Of a DNA stretch of 64,000 nt, positions 48,899 to 58,666 are shown one piece after another. The stretch's first letter is position 1, and every line of letters begins with the position of its first letter. Position numbers and translations under genes: made by a program. The notes under the pieces are model-generated. The model saw only the letters and a program-made list of their open reading frames with translations, had not been told where the DNA came from and did no database searches. The stretch comes from Betaproteobacteria bacterium (GTDB taxonomy: Bacteria > Pseudomonadota > Gammaproteobacteria > Burkholderiales > Thiobacteraceae), in NCBI GenBank assembly GCA_025361165.1, contig JANYAU010000115.1, positions 836 to 64,835 of the forward strand. The letters are read 5' to 3'.

Positions 48899-50035
48899 TT
48901 ACACAATATCGAGATGATCAAGCCCGGACATGATGTCCCGATCTTTCGATTCCTGTCCGTGCAGTTTGATCTTAAGCCGCAGGTCGTTGAGCGAGTCGGC
49001 GTTTCTGAGTGCGTCTTCGTAGGTAATGAGTCCCGCTTCGTAGAGTTCGAACAAGTGCTGGTCGAAGGTTTGCATACCGAGTTCGCGCGATTTGGCCATG
49101 ACTTCTTTGATTTCGTGCACCGCGCCTTTGAAAATCAAGTCGGCGATGAAGGGCGAGTTGAGCATGACTTCCACGGCGGCGACGCGGCCTTTACCTTCGC
49201 GGCGCGGGATTAGGCGCTGCGAGATGAAGGCTTTGAGGTTGAGCGATAAATCCATCAGTAACTGTGAGCGGCGCTCTTCGGGGAAGAAGTTAATAATCCG
49301 ATCCAACGCTTGGTTTGCGCTGTTGGCGTGCAGCGTGGACAGGCACAAGTGGCCGGTTTCGGCGAAGGCGATGGCGTAATCCATGGTCTCGCGGTCACGG
49401 ATCTCGCCGATCAAAATCACATCCGGCGCTTGACGCAGGGTATTTTTCAGCGCCGAGAACCAGCCGTCGGTATCTACGCCGACTTCGCGCTGGGTGATGA
49501 TGCTTTTTTTGTGCTCATGCACGTATTCGATCGGATCTTCGATGGTGATGATGTGATCCTGCGCATGCTCGTTGCGAAAGCCGACCATGGCCGCGAGCGA
49601 AGTGGATTTGCCGGAGCCGGTGCCACCGACGAAAATCACCAGGCCGCGCTTGGTCATGGACACGTCGCGCAGCACTTCCGGCAAGTTCAGTTCTTCAAAC
49701 GAGGGAATAGTGGAATTGATCTGGCGCAGCACGACGCCCACCCGCGCTTGTTGGATGAAAGTGTTGACGCGAAAACGCCCGATATCCGGCGGGGCGATGG
49801 CGAAGTTGCATTCCTTGGTCGACTCGAACTCGTTGGCCTGTTTGTCGTTCATGATGGAGCGCGCCAGTTCCATCGTGTGCTGCGGGGTGAGAGTTTGGTT
49901 GGAGACGGGCGTGATGCGGCCATCGATTTTCAGCGCCGGCGGAAAGCCGGCGGTGATGAATAGGTCAGAGGATTTCTTGCTGACCATGAGGCGCAGCAAG
50001 TCGTGAATAAATTTCTGTGCTTGTTCCCGATCCAT
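48899..50035 (-). CDS. pilU: Type IV pilus retraction ATPase PilU
   Basis: GGTGSGKS, TLRQAPDVILIGE, downstream of pilT. Confidence 0.95.
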   Translation of the reverse strand: MDREQAQKFIHDLLRLMVSKKSSDLFITAGFPPALKIDGRITPVSNQTLTPQHTMELARSIMNDKQANEFESTKECNFAIAPPDIGRFRVNTFIQQARVGVVLRQINSTIPSFEELNLPEVLRDVSMTKRGLVIFVGGTGSGKSTSLAAMVGFRNEHAQDHIITIEDPIEYVHEHKKSIITQREVGVDTDGWFSALKNTLRQAPDVILIGEIRDRETMDYAIAFAETGHLCLSTLHANSANQALDRIINFFPEERRSQLLMDLSLNLKAFISQRLIPRREGKGRVAAVEVMLNSPFIADLIFKGAVHEIKEVMAKSRELGMQTFDQHLFELYEAGLITYEDALRNADSLNDLRLKIKLHGQESKDRDIMSGLDHLDIV

Positions 50036-50082
50036 GATGCTCTCCTAGGTGCCCCTGCGCCGCGACGGGAAGGGGCGGTATC

Positions 50083-51120
50083 TTATATTTTCGCGTCTTT
50101 GCGCGCCGCTTTGCGTGCTTCCGTTTCGGTAATAACGTTGCGCCGCACCATGTCTTGCAGGCATTGCTCCATGGTCTGCATCCCGAGCGCTTGGCCGGTT
50201 TGAATCGAGGAATACATTTGCGCGACTTTATTTTCGCGAATCAGGTTGCGGATCGCCGGGGTGCCGATCATGATCTCGTGCGCAGCGACGCGGCCGCTAC
50301 CGTCCTTGGTTTTGAGTAGCGTTTGCGCGATTACCGAACGCAAACTTTCCGATAGCATGGCGCGCACCATGTCTTTTTCCGCTGCGGGGAACACGTCCAC
50401 GATACGGTCCACGGTTTTCGCCGCGGAGCTGGTGTGCAGCGTGGCGAATACTAAGTGGCCGGTTTCGGCCGCGGTAAGCGCCAAACGGATGGTTTCCAAA
50501 TCGCGCAATTCGCCCACCAAAATCACGTCCGGGTCTTCGCGTAGCGCGGAGCGCAGGGCGTTGGTGAAGGATAAGGTGTGCGGGCCGACTTCGCGCTGGT
50601 TGATCAAACACTTTTTGCTTTCATGCACGAATTCGATCGGATCTTCCAGGGTCAGGATATGGCCATAATCGTCCTCGTTCACCTGGTTGACCATCGCCGC
50701 CAGCGTGGTGGATTTGCCGGAGCCGGTGGGGCCGGTCACGAGCACGATGCCGTTGGGTTGCTGGCACAGTTCTTTAAAGATGGGCGGTGAGTTCAACTGC
50801 TCCAGCGTCAGCACTTTAGAGGGAATGGTACGGAAGGCCGCCGCCGCACCGCGTTGCTGGTTGAAAGCGTTGACGCGGAAGCGCGCCAGGTTGGGAATCT
50901 CGAACGAGAAATCGACTTCGAGATTTTCTTCGAAGTGTTTGCGTTGCCCGTCGTTCATGATGTCGTACACCATGCCATGCACGCCCTTGTGGTCGAGCGG
51001 CTCGACGTTGATACGGCGAATATCGCCGTTTACTCGGATCAGCGGTGGCAGACCTGCCGAGAGATGCAGGTCGGAGGCCTTGTTTTTGACCGAGAAGGCC
51101 AGCAGATCGGCGATTTCCAT
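50083..51120 (-). CDS. pilT: Type IV pilus retraction ATPase PilT
   Basis: GPTGSGKS, ALREDPD, AIRNLIRE motif. Confidence 0.97.
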   Translation of the reverse strand: MEIADLLAFSVKNKASDLHLSAGLPPLIRVNGDIRRINVEPLDHKGVHGMVYDIMNDGQRKHFEENLEVDFSFEIPNLARFRVNAFNQQRGAAAAFRTIPSKVLTLEQLNSPPIFKELCQQPNGIVLVTGPTGSGKSTTLAAMVNQVNEDDYGHILTLEDPIEFVHESKKCLINQREVGPHTLSFTNALRSALREDPDVILVGELRDLETIRLALTAAETGHLVFATLHTSSAAKTVDRIVDVFPAAEKDMVRAMLSESLRSVIAQTLLKTKDGSGRVAAHEIMIGTPAIRNLIRENKVAQMYSSIQTGQALGMQTMEQCLQDMVRRNVITETEARKAARKDAKI

Positions 51121-51206
51121 TTATAATCCCTTCCAGTTTTGCGAGTGCACTGCGCGGATGAGTTTACGGCAACAATGCTGCGCGCTTGAGCCTCGGCCGA
51201 CTCATT

Positions 51207-51896
51207 ATGACAACAATCTCAAACGCATTGCAAGCTGCACGGACGCGGATTTCAGCCGCGGCGGCACAATGTGGCCGCGATCCGGAATCGATTATCTTGC
51301 TAGCGGTCTCCAAGACCGTCAGTCCGGAGACGATCCGCATTGCTTATGGCGTCGGTCAGCGCGCCTTCGGCGAGAGCTATGCGCAGGAGGCCCTGGATAA
51401 AATCGCGGCGCTCCCGGATCTGGATATTGTGTGGCATTTCATCGGCCCGCTACAAAGCAATAAGACCAAATTGATCGCGGAAAACTTCGCTTGGGCGCAT
51501 AGTGTGGAGCGCGTGAAAATCGCGCAGCGCTTATCCGATCAACGGCCTGACAGCTTGCCACCGCTAAATTTGTGCTTGCAAGTGAATGTGAGTGGCGAGG
51601 GGAGTAAAAGCGGGGTTGCAGCGTCGGAAGTGGCGGCATTGGCGCAAGCCGTCGCCACATTACCCAAAATTAAACTGCGTGGTTTGATGGCAATTCCCGA
51701 AGCAACTGGAGATAGCGCCAAACAGCATGCGCAATTTCGTTTGCTGCGCGAACTGTACGGTCAACTGATTGCGCAGGGTCACGCGCTGGATACGCTGTCG
51801 ATGGGCATGTCCGGCGATTTGGAAGCGGCGATCGCCGGGGGCGCGACTATCGTGCGCTTGGGATCGGCGATTTTTGGGGAACGAAAAAAAGCATGA
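51207..51896 (+). CDS. yggS: PLP homeostasis protein
   Basis: LLAVSKT, WHFIGPLQSNK, LSMGMSGD; start at ATG 51207. Confidence 0.95.
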   Translation: MTTISNALQAARTRISAAAAQCGRDPESIILLAVSKTVSPETIRIAYGVGQRAFGESYAQEALDKIAALPDLDIVWHFIGPLQSNKTKLIAENFAWAHSVERVKIAQRLSDQRPDSLPPLNLCLQVNVSGEGSKSGVAASEVAALAQAVATLPKIKLRGLMAIPEATGDSAKQHAQFRLLRELYGQLIAQGHALDTLSMGMSGDLEAAIAGGATIVRLGSAIFGERKKA

Positions 51897-51964
51897 AACG
51901 CGAAGGACGCAAAGGAAAAACTTTCATTTCATTTTCCTTTGCGTACCTTTGCGTCCTTCGCGGT
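51897..51964. repeat. Palindromic element of 9-mer (nnCGCRAAG) arms
   Basis: AACGCGAAG GACGCAAAG ... CTTTGCGTAC CTTTGCGTC CTTCGCGGT. Confidence 0.8.
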
Positions 51965-51981
51965 AAAAATAGGAACTTAAA

Positions 51982-52797
51982 ATGAAAATTACTTTTATCG
52001 GCGGCGGCAATATGGCCGGCGCCTTGATCGGCGGTTTGGTGCAGCAAGGCTTCAATCCCAGCGATGTGCGGGTGGTGGAAGTCGACTCCGATACGCGCGC
52101 TTCGCTCACGCGTGCCTTCGAGCTGAAGACGTATTCCAAAATCAGTGCTGAAGCGGTAAACACAAATCTCATCGTGTTGGCGGTGAAGCCGCAGCAGTTA
52201 TGCGCGGTGGCGGGGGAGTTGCAGCCCTTGTTGCGCGAGCAGTTGGTGATTTCGATTGCCGCCGGCGTGCGCACCCAAGACTTGGCGCGCTGGCTGGGTG
52301 GTTATGCGCGCATCGTGCGGGCTATGCCGAATACGCCGGCCTTGGTGCGTGCTGGTGTCACCGGTTTGTATGCGCTTCCGGGCGTGAACGCAGAGGGTCG
52401 CCAACAGGCGCAACAAGTAATGGAAGCGGTCGGCGCCTGCGTGTGGTTCGCGGACGAAGCACATATGGATGCGGTGACGGCGGTTTCCGGCAGCGGCCCG
52501 GCCTATGTGTTTTATTTTATCGAGGCGCTGGAGGCGGCGGCGGTCGAGTTGGGCTTAAGTCCTGAGCAGGGGCGCGAATTGGCGCTGACAACCTTCCTCG
52601 GTGCAGCGCAACTCGCGCGTTCCAGCCACGATGATCCGGCGACGCTACGCGCCAAAGTCACTTCAAAAGGCGGTACCACAGAACGGGCGATTCAAGCTCT
52701 GGAGGAATCGGGCGTTAAGGATTTGATTCGCGGCGCGGTGCGCGCCGCAGCCCAACGTTCCCATGAGTTGGGCGATGAACTCGGAAAACAAGGCTAA
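51982..52797 (+). CDS. proC: Pyrroline-5-carboxylate reductase
   Basis: FIGGGNMA, RAMPNTPA, SGSGPAY, VTSKGGTT. Confidence 0.97.
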   Translation: MKITFIGGGNMAGALIGGLVQQGFNPSDVRVVEVDSDTRASLTRAFELKTYSKISAEAVNTNLIVLAVKPQQLCAVAGELQPLLREQLVISIAAGVRTQDLARWLGGYARIVRAMPNTPALVRAGVTGLYALPGVNAEGRQQAQQVMEAVGACVWFADEAHMDAVTAVSGSGPAYVFYFIEALEAAAVELGLSPEQGRELALTTFLGAAQLARSSHDDPATLRAKVTSKGGTTERAIQALEESGVKDLIRGAVRAAAQRSHELGDELGKQG

Positions 52798-52838
52798 TCC
52801 CTTGAGTTATCTGGCTAATACTGTGAAAATATCAAATC

Positions 52839-53414
52839 ATGCTCATCGACGCCCTGATTTTTCTTCTCGACAGCGTGGCCACCGCATTCGTGGCGGTGCT
52901 GCTATTGCGGTTTCACTTACAAGTGACGCGCGCACCGTTTAACAATCCGCTTTCCCAATTTGCCATGGCGCTCACCGATTTCGCAGTGAAACCGGTGCGG
53001 CGCGTGGTGCCTGGTTTGTGGGGCATGGATCTGGCTACGCTCGTGATTGCGTGGCTGACCGAGTGCGTGTTGATCTTACTCGTGGTGGCGCTCGCGGGTC
53101 GCTTCGGGGGCTTGGGTGTGGCCGCGCTCGCCGGCATTGCGCTGATTGGTTTGTTGGAGGTGGCTAAAATTGCGCTGTGGATGGTGATCTTGTTGCAATT
53201 CATGCTATTCGTGGTGAGCTTCGCCAATCCTCATAGCCCTTATATGTCGCTGCTCAACGCGATGAACCGCCCGTTTGCGCGCCGGATTCAAAAAATTCTG
53301 CCGCCGATAGGCAATATCGATTTGTCGCCCATGGTGGTCGTGTTGCTTTGCTCCGTGTTGTTGAACTTCATCCTGCCCTGGCTCGCCGGGCAGGTTCGCG
53401 TGGGGTTAATGTGA
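52839..53414 (+). CDS. yggT: YggT-family membrane protein
   Basis: NPLSQF...PVRRVVP and IDLSP repeats; synteny with proC. Confidence 0.9.
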   Translation: MLIDALIFLLDSVATAFVAVLLLRFHLQVTRAPFNNPLSQFAMALTDFAVKPVRRVVPGLWGMDLATLVIAWLTECVLILLVVALAGRFGGLGVAALAGIALIGLLEVAKIALWMVILLQFMLFVVSFANPHSPYMSLLNAMNRPFARRIQKILPPIGNIDLSPMVVVLLCSVLLNFILPWLAGQVRVGLM

Positions 53415-53415
53415 C

Positions 53416-53712
53416 GTGGCAAGCTGGTATCGGCGTGATGATAAGCGAGGTTGTCTCGTGCTGACCTTGCACCTACAACCTGGCGCGCGTGCGACCCAGG
53501 TGGTGGGCCCATACGCCGATGCGCTCAAGATCCAAGTGCAGTCGGCGCCCATTGAAGGTCAGGCGAATGCGTCGTTGGTGAAATTCTTAGCGCAGGCCTT
53601 TCAAGTGCCCACTAGCCAAGTAGTGTTGAAGCAAGGTAGCCGCAGCCGGCGCAAAGTGGTGGAAATTTACGCTTCCGCAATCGTGCCGGACGCTTTATGG
53701 GCGAGTGTATGA
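53416..53712 (+). CDS. DUF167 (YggU-family) protein
   Basis: HLQPGA...APIEGQAN...GSRSRRK. Confidence 0.88.
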   Translation: MASWYRRDDKRGCLVLTLHLQPGARATQVVGPYADALKIQVQSAPIEGQANASLVKFLAQAFQVPTSQVVLKQGSRSRRKVVEIYASAIVPDALWASV

Positions 53713-55652
53713 GCGCACGGTTGGAACAGCAGGTTCAAGATTACCAGCAGTGGCGCGACGAGCTCGTAACCGCGATTACCAGCTATCAAGCGTGGCTCGA
53801 CGACCACAGTGAATTTGAGGCGCAGCAATCGCTCAAGATCTTCGACTTAGTGGAAAGCTTGAAGCAAGATCATGTCACGCTGGCGTTCGTGGCCGAGTTC
53901 TCGCGTGGCAAGAGTGAACTGATTAATGCCTTGTTCTTCGCCGATTTTAAGCAGCGTTTGCTGCCTTCGGACGCCGGACGCACTACCATGTGTCCGACGG
54001 AGCTGTTCTACGATCCGCGTGAAGAGCCTTTTATTCGCCTGTTGCCGATCGAGACGCGCTATCGCGACGAGACCATCAGTCAGCTCAAGCGCAAACCCAT
54101 TGAATGGGTGAGCACCAAGCTGAATCTCGGCTCCGCCAGCGAGATGATGGAGGCGCTGCAAAGTCTAACCCAAACCAAACTCGTGGCTAAAGTCGAGGCC
54201 CGCACCTTGGGTTTATGGGACGACCAAGACCCGGCGCTGCAAGATATGCTGCGCCCCGGTGACAGAGTGGAGATCCCGGCCTGGCGTCACGCGTTAATTA
54301 ATTACCCACACCCCTTGCTGAAAAGCGGGCTGGCGATTCTGGATACGCCGGGGCTGAATGCCTTGGGCGCGGAACCGGAATTGACGCTCTCCATGATCCC
54401 CAATGCGCATGCGGTGCTGTTCCTGCTCGCGCTCGATACCGGCGTCACTAAATCCGATATGGAAATTTGGCAAAAGCACGTGCGGGCACAGGCCAAACAC
54501 ACCATCGCCGTGTTGAATAAAATCGATGTGCTGTGGGATGATCTTAAGCCGTGGGAAAAAATTCAGGAGAGTGTGCAGCGCCAGCAGCAGGCCACTGCGC
54601 AGATGCTCGGCTTGCCGATCGCCAATGTGCTGGCGCTTTCGGCGCAGAAGGCGCTGGTCGCTAAAATCAAAGGCGATGCAGCCTTGCTCGCCAAGAGCGG
54701 TATCGAGCGCTTGGAACAGATGCTCGCCAACGATATCATTCCCCGGCGGCGTGAAATTTTGCGCAAGAGCGTCACCCAGGAAATCGGCGCGATGGTGCTC
54801 GCGTCCTACAATAGCGTACGCCAACAGCTTGTCGCCACGCGCCACGAGCAAAAAGAGTTGTCCTCGCTCTCCGGCAAGAACAAAGAAGTCATTCACAAAA
54901 TGCTCACCATGCTGGATCAAGACCGTGGCAGCTACGACGAAACAGTGAAATCCTTTAATGTCACGCGCGGTGTAATCACCCAGCAAGGGCGCATGCTGCT
55001 CAATAATTTGAGCATCAATCGTTTGGACGAAATTCTGGAAAAAGCCCACGGTTCGATCAAAGGTAGTTGGACGACCTCGGGTTTATCGCGTGGCATGCAA
55101 CAACTCATCCGGCAGACCGCGCACCAATATCAACACATTCACAAACACGCCAAACAGATCAAAGGCCTGGTAGATGCGGCCTATATTCGCTTTCATGTGA
55201 AGCACGGCTTCGAGCGCTGCAATGCGCCAGAATTCAGCATCGATCAACATATGGAAGCGATTCGCAGTCTCGCGCAGCGTTCCGAGGAATTTTGCCGCGA
55301 CCCGATCAATATCATGACCGAGAAGCACTTCCTGATTCGCAAATTCTTCTTAAGCGTGGCGGGCGAGGCGCGGGTCATTTTCGAACGCACCCACGTCGAA
55401 TGCGAAGCCTGGCTCAGGAACGTGCTCGCCCCGCTCATCACGCAGATCAACGATCACAAAATCCAGATCGAGCGCCGCTTGGATAATATCAAAAAAATCC
55501 ACGACAACATCGATTCGCTGCAAGACCGTTTGGCCGAACTGGAGTCCATACAATCCACACTTAGTACGCAACTCACCGTGCTCGAAGGTATCCTCACTAA
55601 GTTGCAACGGCCGCGCGATCCGGAACCGGTTCCGCAGAGGACAGGAACCTAG
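53709..55652 (+). CDS. Bacterial dynamin-like GTPase
   Basis: AEFSRGKS (G1), GRTT (G2), DTPG (G3), NKID (G4), long helical C-terminus; ATGA overlap with the DUF167 gene. Confidence 0.88.
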   Translation: MSARLEQQVQDYQQWRDELVTAITSYQAWLDDHSEFEAQQSLKIFDLVESLKQDHVTLAFVAEFSRGKSELINALFFADFKQRLLPSDAGRTTMCPTELFYDPREEPFIRLLPIETRYRDETISQLKRKPIEWVSTKLNLGSASEMMEALQSLTQTKLVAKVEARTLGLWDDQDPALQDMLRPGDRVEIPAWRHALINYPHPLLKSGLAILDTPGLNALGAEPELTLSMIPNAHAVLFLLALDTGVTKSDMEIWQKHVRAQAKHTIAVLNKIDVLWDDLKPWEKIQESVQRQQQATAQMLGLPIANVLALSAQKALVAKIKGDAALLAKSGIERLEQMLANDIIPRRREILRKSVTQEIGAMVLASYNSVRQQLVATRHEQKELSSLSGKNKEVIHKMLTMLDQDRGSYDETVKSFNVTRGVITQQGRMLLNNLSINRLDEILEKAHGSIKGSWTTSGLSRGMQQLIRQTAHQYQHIHKHAKQIKGLVDAAYIRFHVKHGFERCNAPEFSIDQHMEAIRSLAQRSEEFCRDPINIMTEKHFLIRKFFLSVAGEARVIFERTHVECEAWLRNVLAPLITQINDHKIQIERRLDNIKKIHDNIDSLQDRLAELESIQSTLSTQLTVLEGILTKLQRPRDPEPVPQRTGT

Positions 55653-55715
55653 GAAAGTGGGTGCCTCAGCGAGCCCTGACGCAACTTACGGGGTGGCCGC
55701 CGCAGGCGCTACTGA

Positions 55716-56321
55716 TCAAAGTGTATTTTCGAGCCTTACGACAAGTTCACGTGCGACTATTTCCAGGCTTGTTTCTATCCCCAGCACGGACAGTTGCGTC
55801 ACTTCCAGCCCTTCGTAGCCACAAGGATTGATGTGGCTGAAAGGCGTGAGATCCATATCCACGTTCAATGCCAGTCCATGGTAGCTCATGCCGTGCTTGA
55901 TACGTAGGCCGAGCGCGGCGATTTTGGCATGGGCGACGTAGACGCCGGGAGCTTTGGCGCGACGTGTGGCTGGGATACCGTAGCCGGCAAGTAAGTCGAT
56001 GATCGCTTGCTCCATGCGATTGACTAACTCCCGCACGCCGTAGCCGCGGCGTTTTAAATCCAGCAGCAGATACGCCACGAGTTGCCCTGGGCCATGATAG
56101 GTGACTTGCCCGCCACGGTCGATGGCGATGACGGGAATAGTGGATTCGCGCAGAAGGTGCTCGCGTTTTCCGGCAAGGCCGAGAGTGAACACCGGAGCAT
56201 GTTGCAGCAGCCAAATTTCATCTGGTGTGTCGTCAGTGCGCGCCGCGGTAAAGGTTTGCATCGCACGCCAGGTAGGCTCTAGGTCGACCAGGCCGAGATG
56301 TTTCACTTGTAAATTGATCAC
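55716..56321 (-). CDS. lipB: Octanoyltransferase
   Basis: [30 protein letters not shown]. Confidence 0.96.
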   Translation of the reverse strand: MINLQVKHLGLVDLEPTWRAMQTFTAARTDDTPDEIWLLQHAPVFTLGLAGKREHLLRESTIPVIAIDRGGQVTYHGPGQLVAYLLLDLKRRGYGVRELVNRMEQAIIDLLAGYGIPATRRAKAPGVYVAHAKIAALGLRIKHGMSYHGLALNVDMDLTPFSHINPCGYEGLEVTQLSVLGIETSLEIVARELVVRLENTL

Positions 56322-56324
56322 GCG

Positions 56325-56588
56325 CTAAAGAACCATTTTTACCAAAGGATGCGCACCCAGTTCGCGGTACAGCGCATCGAGCTGGGCTTGTGAAGTCGCC
56401 GTGATGGTGCAGGTGATGCCGAGATAACGCCCCTGCTTGCTCGGGCGCATTTCGGTGCTGGCGGCGTCGAAATCGGGGACATGCTTGACGACGATAGAGA
56501 CGATAGCCTGAACGAAACCGTGTTGCGCCTCACCCATTATTTTGATGGGGAAGGAAGTGGGGAATTCGAGTAAGGTGGTTTTTTCCAA
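56325..56588 (-). CDS. ybeD: DUF493 (YbeD-family) protein
   Basis: LEFPTSFPIKIMG...HPLVKMVL; synteny with lipB. Confidence 0.9.
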   Translation of the reverse strand: MEKTTLLEFPTSFPIKIMGEAQHGFVQAIVSIVVKHVPDFDAASTEMRPSKQGRYLGITCTITATSQAQLDALYRELGAHPLVKMVL

Positions 56589-56597
56589 AATTCGCTT

Positions 56598-56615
56598 CTC
56601 CGCGTCTTCCGCGGT
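56598..56615. repeat. Solo arm of a 9-mer palindromic element
   Basis: CTCCGCGTC TTCCGCGGT, like the right arms at 8045-8071 and 51937-51964. Confidence 0.5.
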
Positions 56616-56628
56616 TAAGAACGGAGAT

Positions 56629-57480
56629 TTAATCCGCTTGCCGCATCACCGTTGCTTTGTAGTTCTGATACAGCGCATCCATGCGCTTGAACAACGGCCC
56701 CGGCTGCCCCTTGCCCACGGGCTGGCCGTCGAGCACCGTAATCGGCAGCACTTCGCGCGTGGAAGACGTGAGCCAGAGCTCGTTGGCGCTACGCAGGGCG
56801 GCTTCCGGCACGGGGCCGACTTGGGTGGGAATGCCCTCGGCTTGCGCTAATTCCAATACCAAATCGTAGGTGATGCCGGGCAGCATCAAGTGGTTTTTCG
56901 GCGGTGCGAGCACGACGCCGTTTTGCACCACGAAAATATTACTCGCCGCACCTTCGGTCATGAAGCCCTCGCGCAGCAGCACTGCTTCCATGGTACCGGC
57001 TTCCACCGCGGATTGGCGCAGCAGGACGTTGGGCAGTAGCGAAATCGATTTGATGTCGCAGCGCAGCCAGCGGTTGTCGATGGTGGTGATGGCGGCCACG
57101 CCGCTGCTTTTCAATTCTGCGGCGGGCGGCAGCAGCGGGCTACTCATCATAAACACCGTGGGCGTTACCACTTTGGGAAAAGCATGGTCGCGCTTGGCCA
57201 CGCCGCGCGTGATGTGCAAGTAGAGATATTGATCCGCCCCCTCGTTGCAAGCGATCAATTCCTCGATCAGCGCGCCCCATTCGGCATCGGTATGCGGGTT
57301 TTTCAGGCTGATTGCGTCGAGACTATTTTGCAGCCGGCGTAAATGTTCGGCCAGACGAAATGGCCGGCGCGAATAAACGGGAATGACTTCATACACACCA
57401 TCGCCGAAAATGAAGCCGCGATCCAGCACCGGGATCGTCGCCTCTTCCAGCGGCATGAAACGGCCGTTGAGGTGGATCAT
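56629..57480 (-). CDS. D-amino-acid aminotransferase (class IV PLP enzyme)
   Basis: DRGFIFGDGVYE, CDIKSISLL, EGAASN, LPGIT; start at ATG 57480. Confidence 0.9.
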   Translation of the reverse strand: MIHLNGRFMPLEEATIPVLDRGFIFGDGVYEVIPVYSRRPFRLAEHLRRLQNSLDAISLKNPHTDAEWGALIEELIACNEGADQYLYLHITRGVAKRDHAFPKVVTPTVFMMSSPLLPPAAELKSSGVAAITTIDNRWLRCDIKSISLLPNVLLRQSAVEAGTMEAVLLREGFMTEGAASNIFVVQNGVVLAPPKNHLMLPGITYDLVLELAQAEGIPTQVGPVPEAALRSANELWLTSSTREVLPITVLDGQPVGKGQPGPLFKRMDALYQNYKATVMRQAD

Positions 57481-58616
57481 TTGAACCACAATTTCATGCT
57501 GTCCCAGGTGCGGCCGAATAGCCCCGCCACGTTCACATTTTCCAGTGATTGCAAAGGCAAAGTGACGATCGGTTTACCTTCTACGTTTACTGTGACGGTG
57601 CCTACGGCTTGTCCCGGAATTAAAGGCGCAAGCAACGGTTGGCGGCTGGTGAGAGTGACCTTGGCGTGCGCGTAGTAGCCCTTGGGCAGGGACAGGAACA
57701 CGTCATGGGTGAACCCGGTTTTGACGCTATTTTCGCTACCTTTATATACCGGCAGCGTGGCGATGGTTTGCCCCTTTTGATATAGGCGATAGGTTTCATA
57801 GAATTGGAAGCCGTAGTTGAGCAGCTTCTGGCTTTCCGCAGTGCGCGCGTTGTCGGAATTGGCGCCGAGCACCACCGAGATCAGCCGCATTTCGCTGCGC
57901 TTGGCGGAAGTGATGAGGCAGAAGCCGGCTGATTCAGTGTGGCCGGTTTTCATGCCATCCACAAACGGGTCTTGCCACAACAAGCGGTTGCGGTTGGGTT
58001 GCGTGATGTTGTTGTAGCGATATTCCTTGATCGAATACAGCGGGTAGTACTCGGGAAAATCACGAATCAGCGCCGCCGCGAGCACTGCCAAATCGCGCGC
58101 GGTGGAGTAGTGCTGCGCATGCGGCAGGCCGGTGGCATTCATGAAGTGTGTATTGCTCATGCCGAGGCGCTGCGCTTCGCGGTTCATCACCACCACGAAG
58201 GCATCCTCGCTCCCGGCGATGCCTTCGGCAAGCGTGATGCAGGCATCGTTGCCGGATTGCACGATCATACCTTTCATCAAATCCGCGACGGCTACTTGCG
58301 TATTCAGTTTGATGAACATGCGTGAACCTTCCGTGCGCCAGGCTTTTTCTGACACCGGTAAGGTCTGATCCAATTTCAATCGGCCCTGCTTGAGCGCGGT
58401 GAATGTCACATAGGCTGTCATCAGCTTGGTCAGCGACGCGGGCTCTACCCGCTCGTCGGGTTTTTGCGCTTGCAATACTTGGCCGCTTTGAAAATCCATG
58501 AGCACAAATGCGCGCGCGGCCACGTCGGGTGCGGGCGGTGGCGGCAGGAGTTGTGAATCAGCAGCGTGGACGAGACTAGCGAACCAAAAGGACAATACAA
58601 GGAAGAGTGTTTTCAT
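57477..58616 (-). CDS. D-alanyl-D-alanine carboxypeptidase (PBP5/6, DacA/DacC family)
   Basis: SLTK, SGN and KTG motifs. Confidence 0.95.
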   Translation of the reverse strand: MKTLFLVLSFWFASLVHAADSQLLPPPPAPDVAARAFVLMDFQSGQVLQAQKPDERVEPASLTKLMTAYVTFTALKQGRLKLDQTLPVSEKAWRTEGSRMFIKLNTQVAVADLMKGMIVQSGNDACITLAEGIAGSEDAFVVVMNREAQRLGMSNTHFMNATGLPHAQHYSTARDLAVLAAALIRDFPEYYPLYSIKEYRYNNITQPNRNRLLWQDPFVDGMKTGHTESAGFCLITSAKRSEMRLISVVLGANSDNARTAESQKLLNYGFQFYETYRLYQKGQTIATLPVYKGSENSVKTGFTHDVFLSLPKGYYAHAKVTLTSRQPLLAPLIPGQAVGTVTVNVEGKPIVTLPLQSLENVNVAGLFGRTWDSMKLWFK

Positions 58617-58666
58617 GGGCCTGTCTAGAAAATAAAAATTATAAGGTGGCGCGAACCGGCTCCAGC

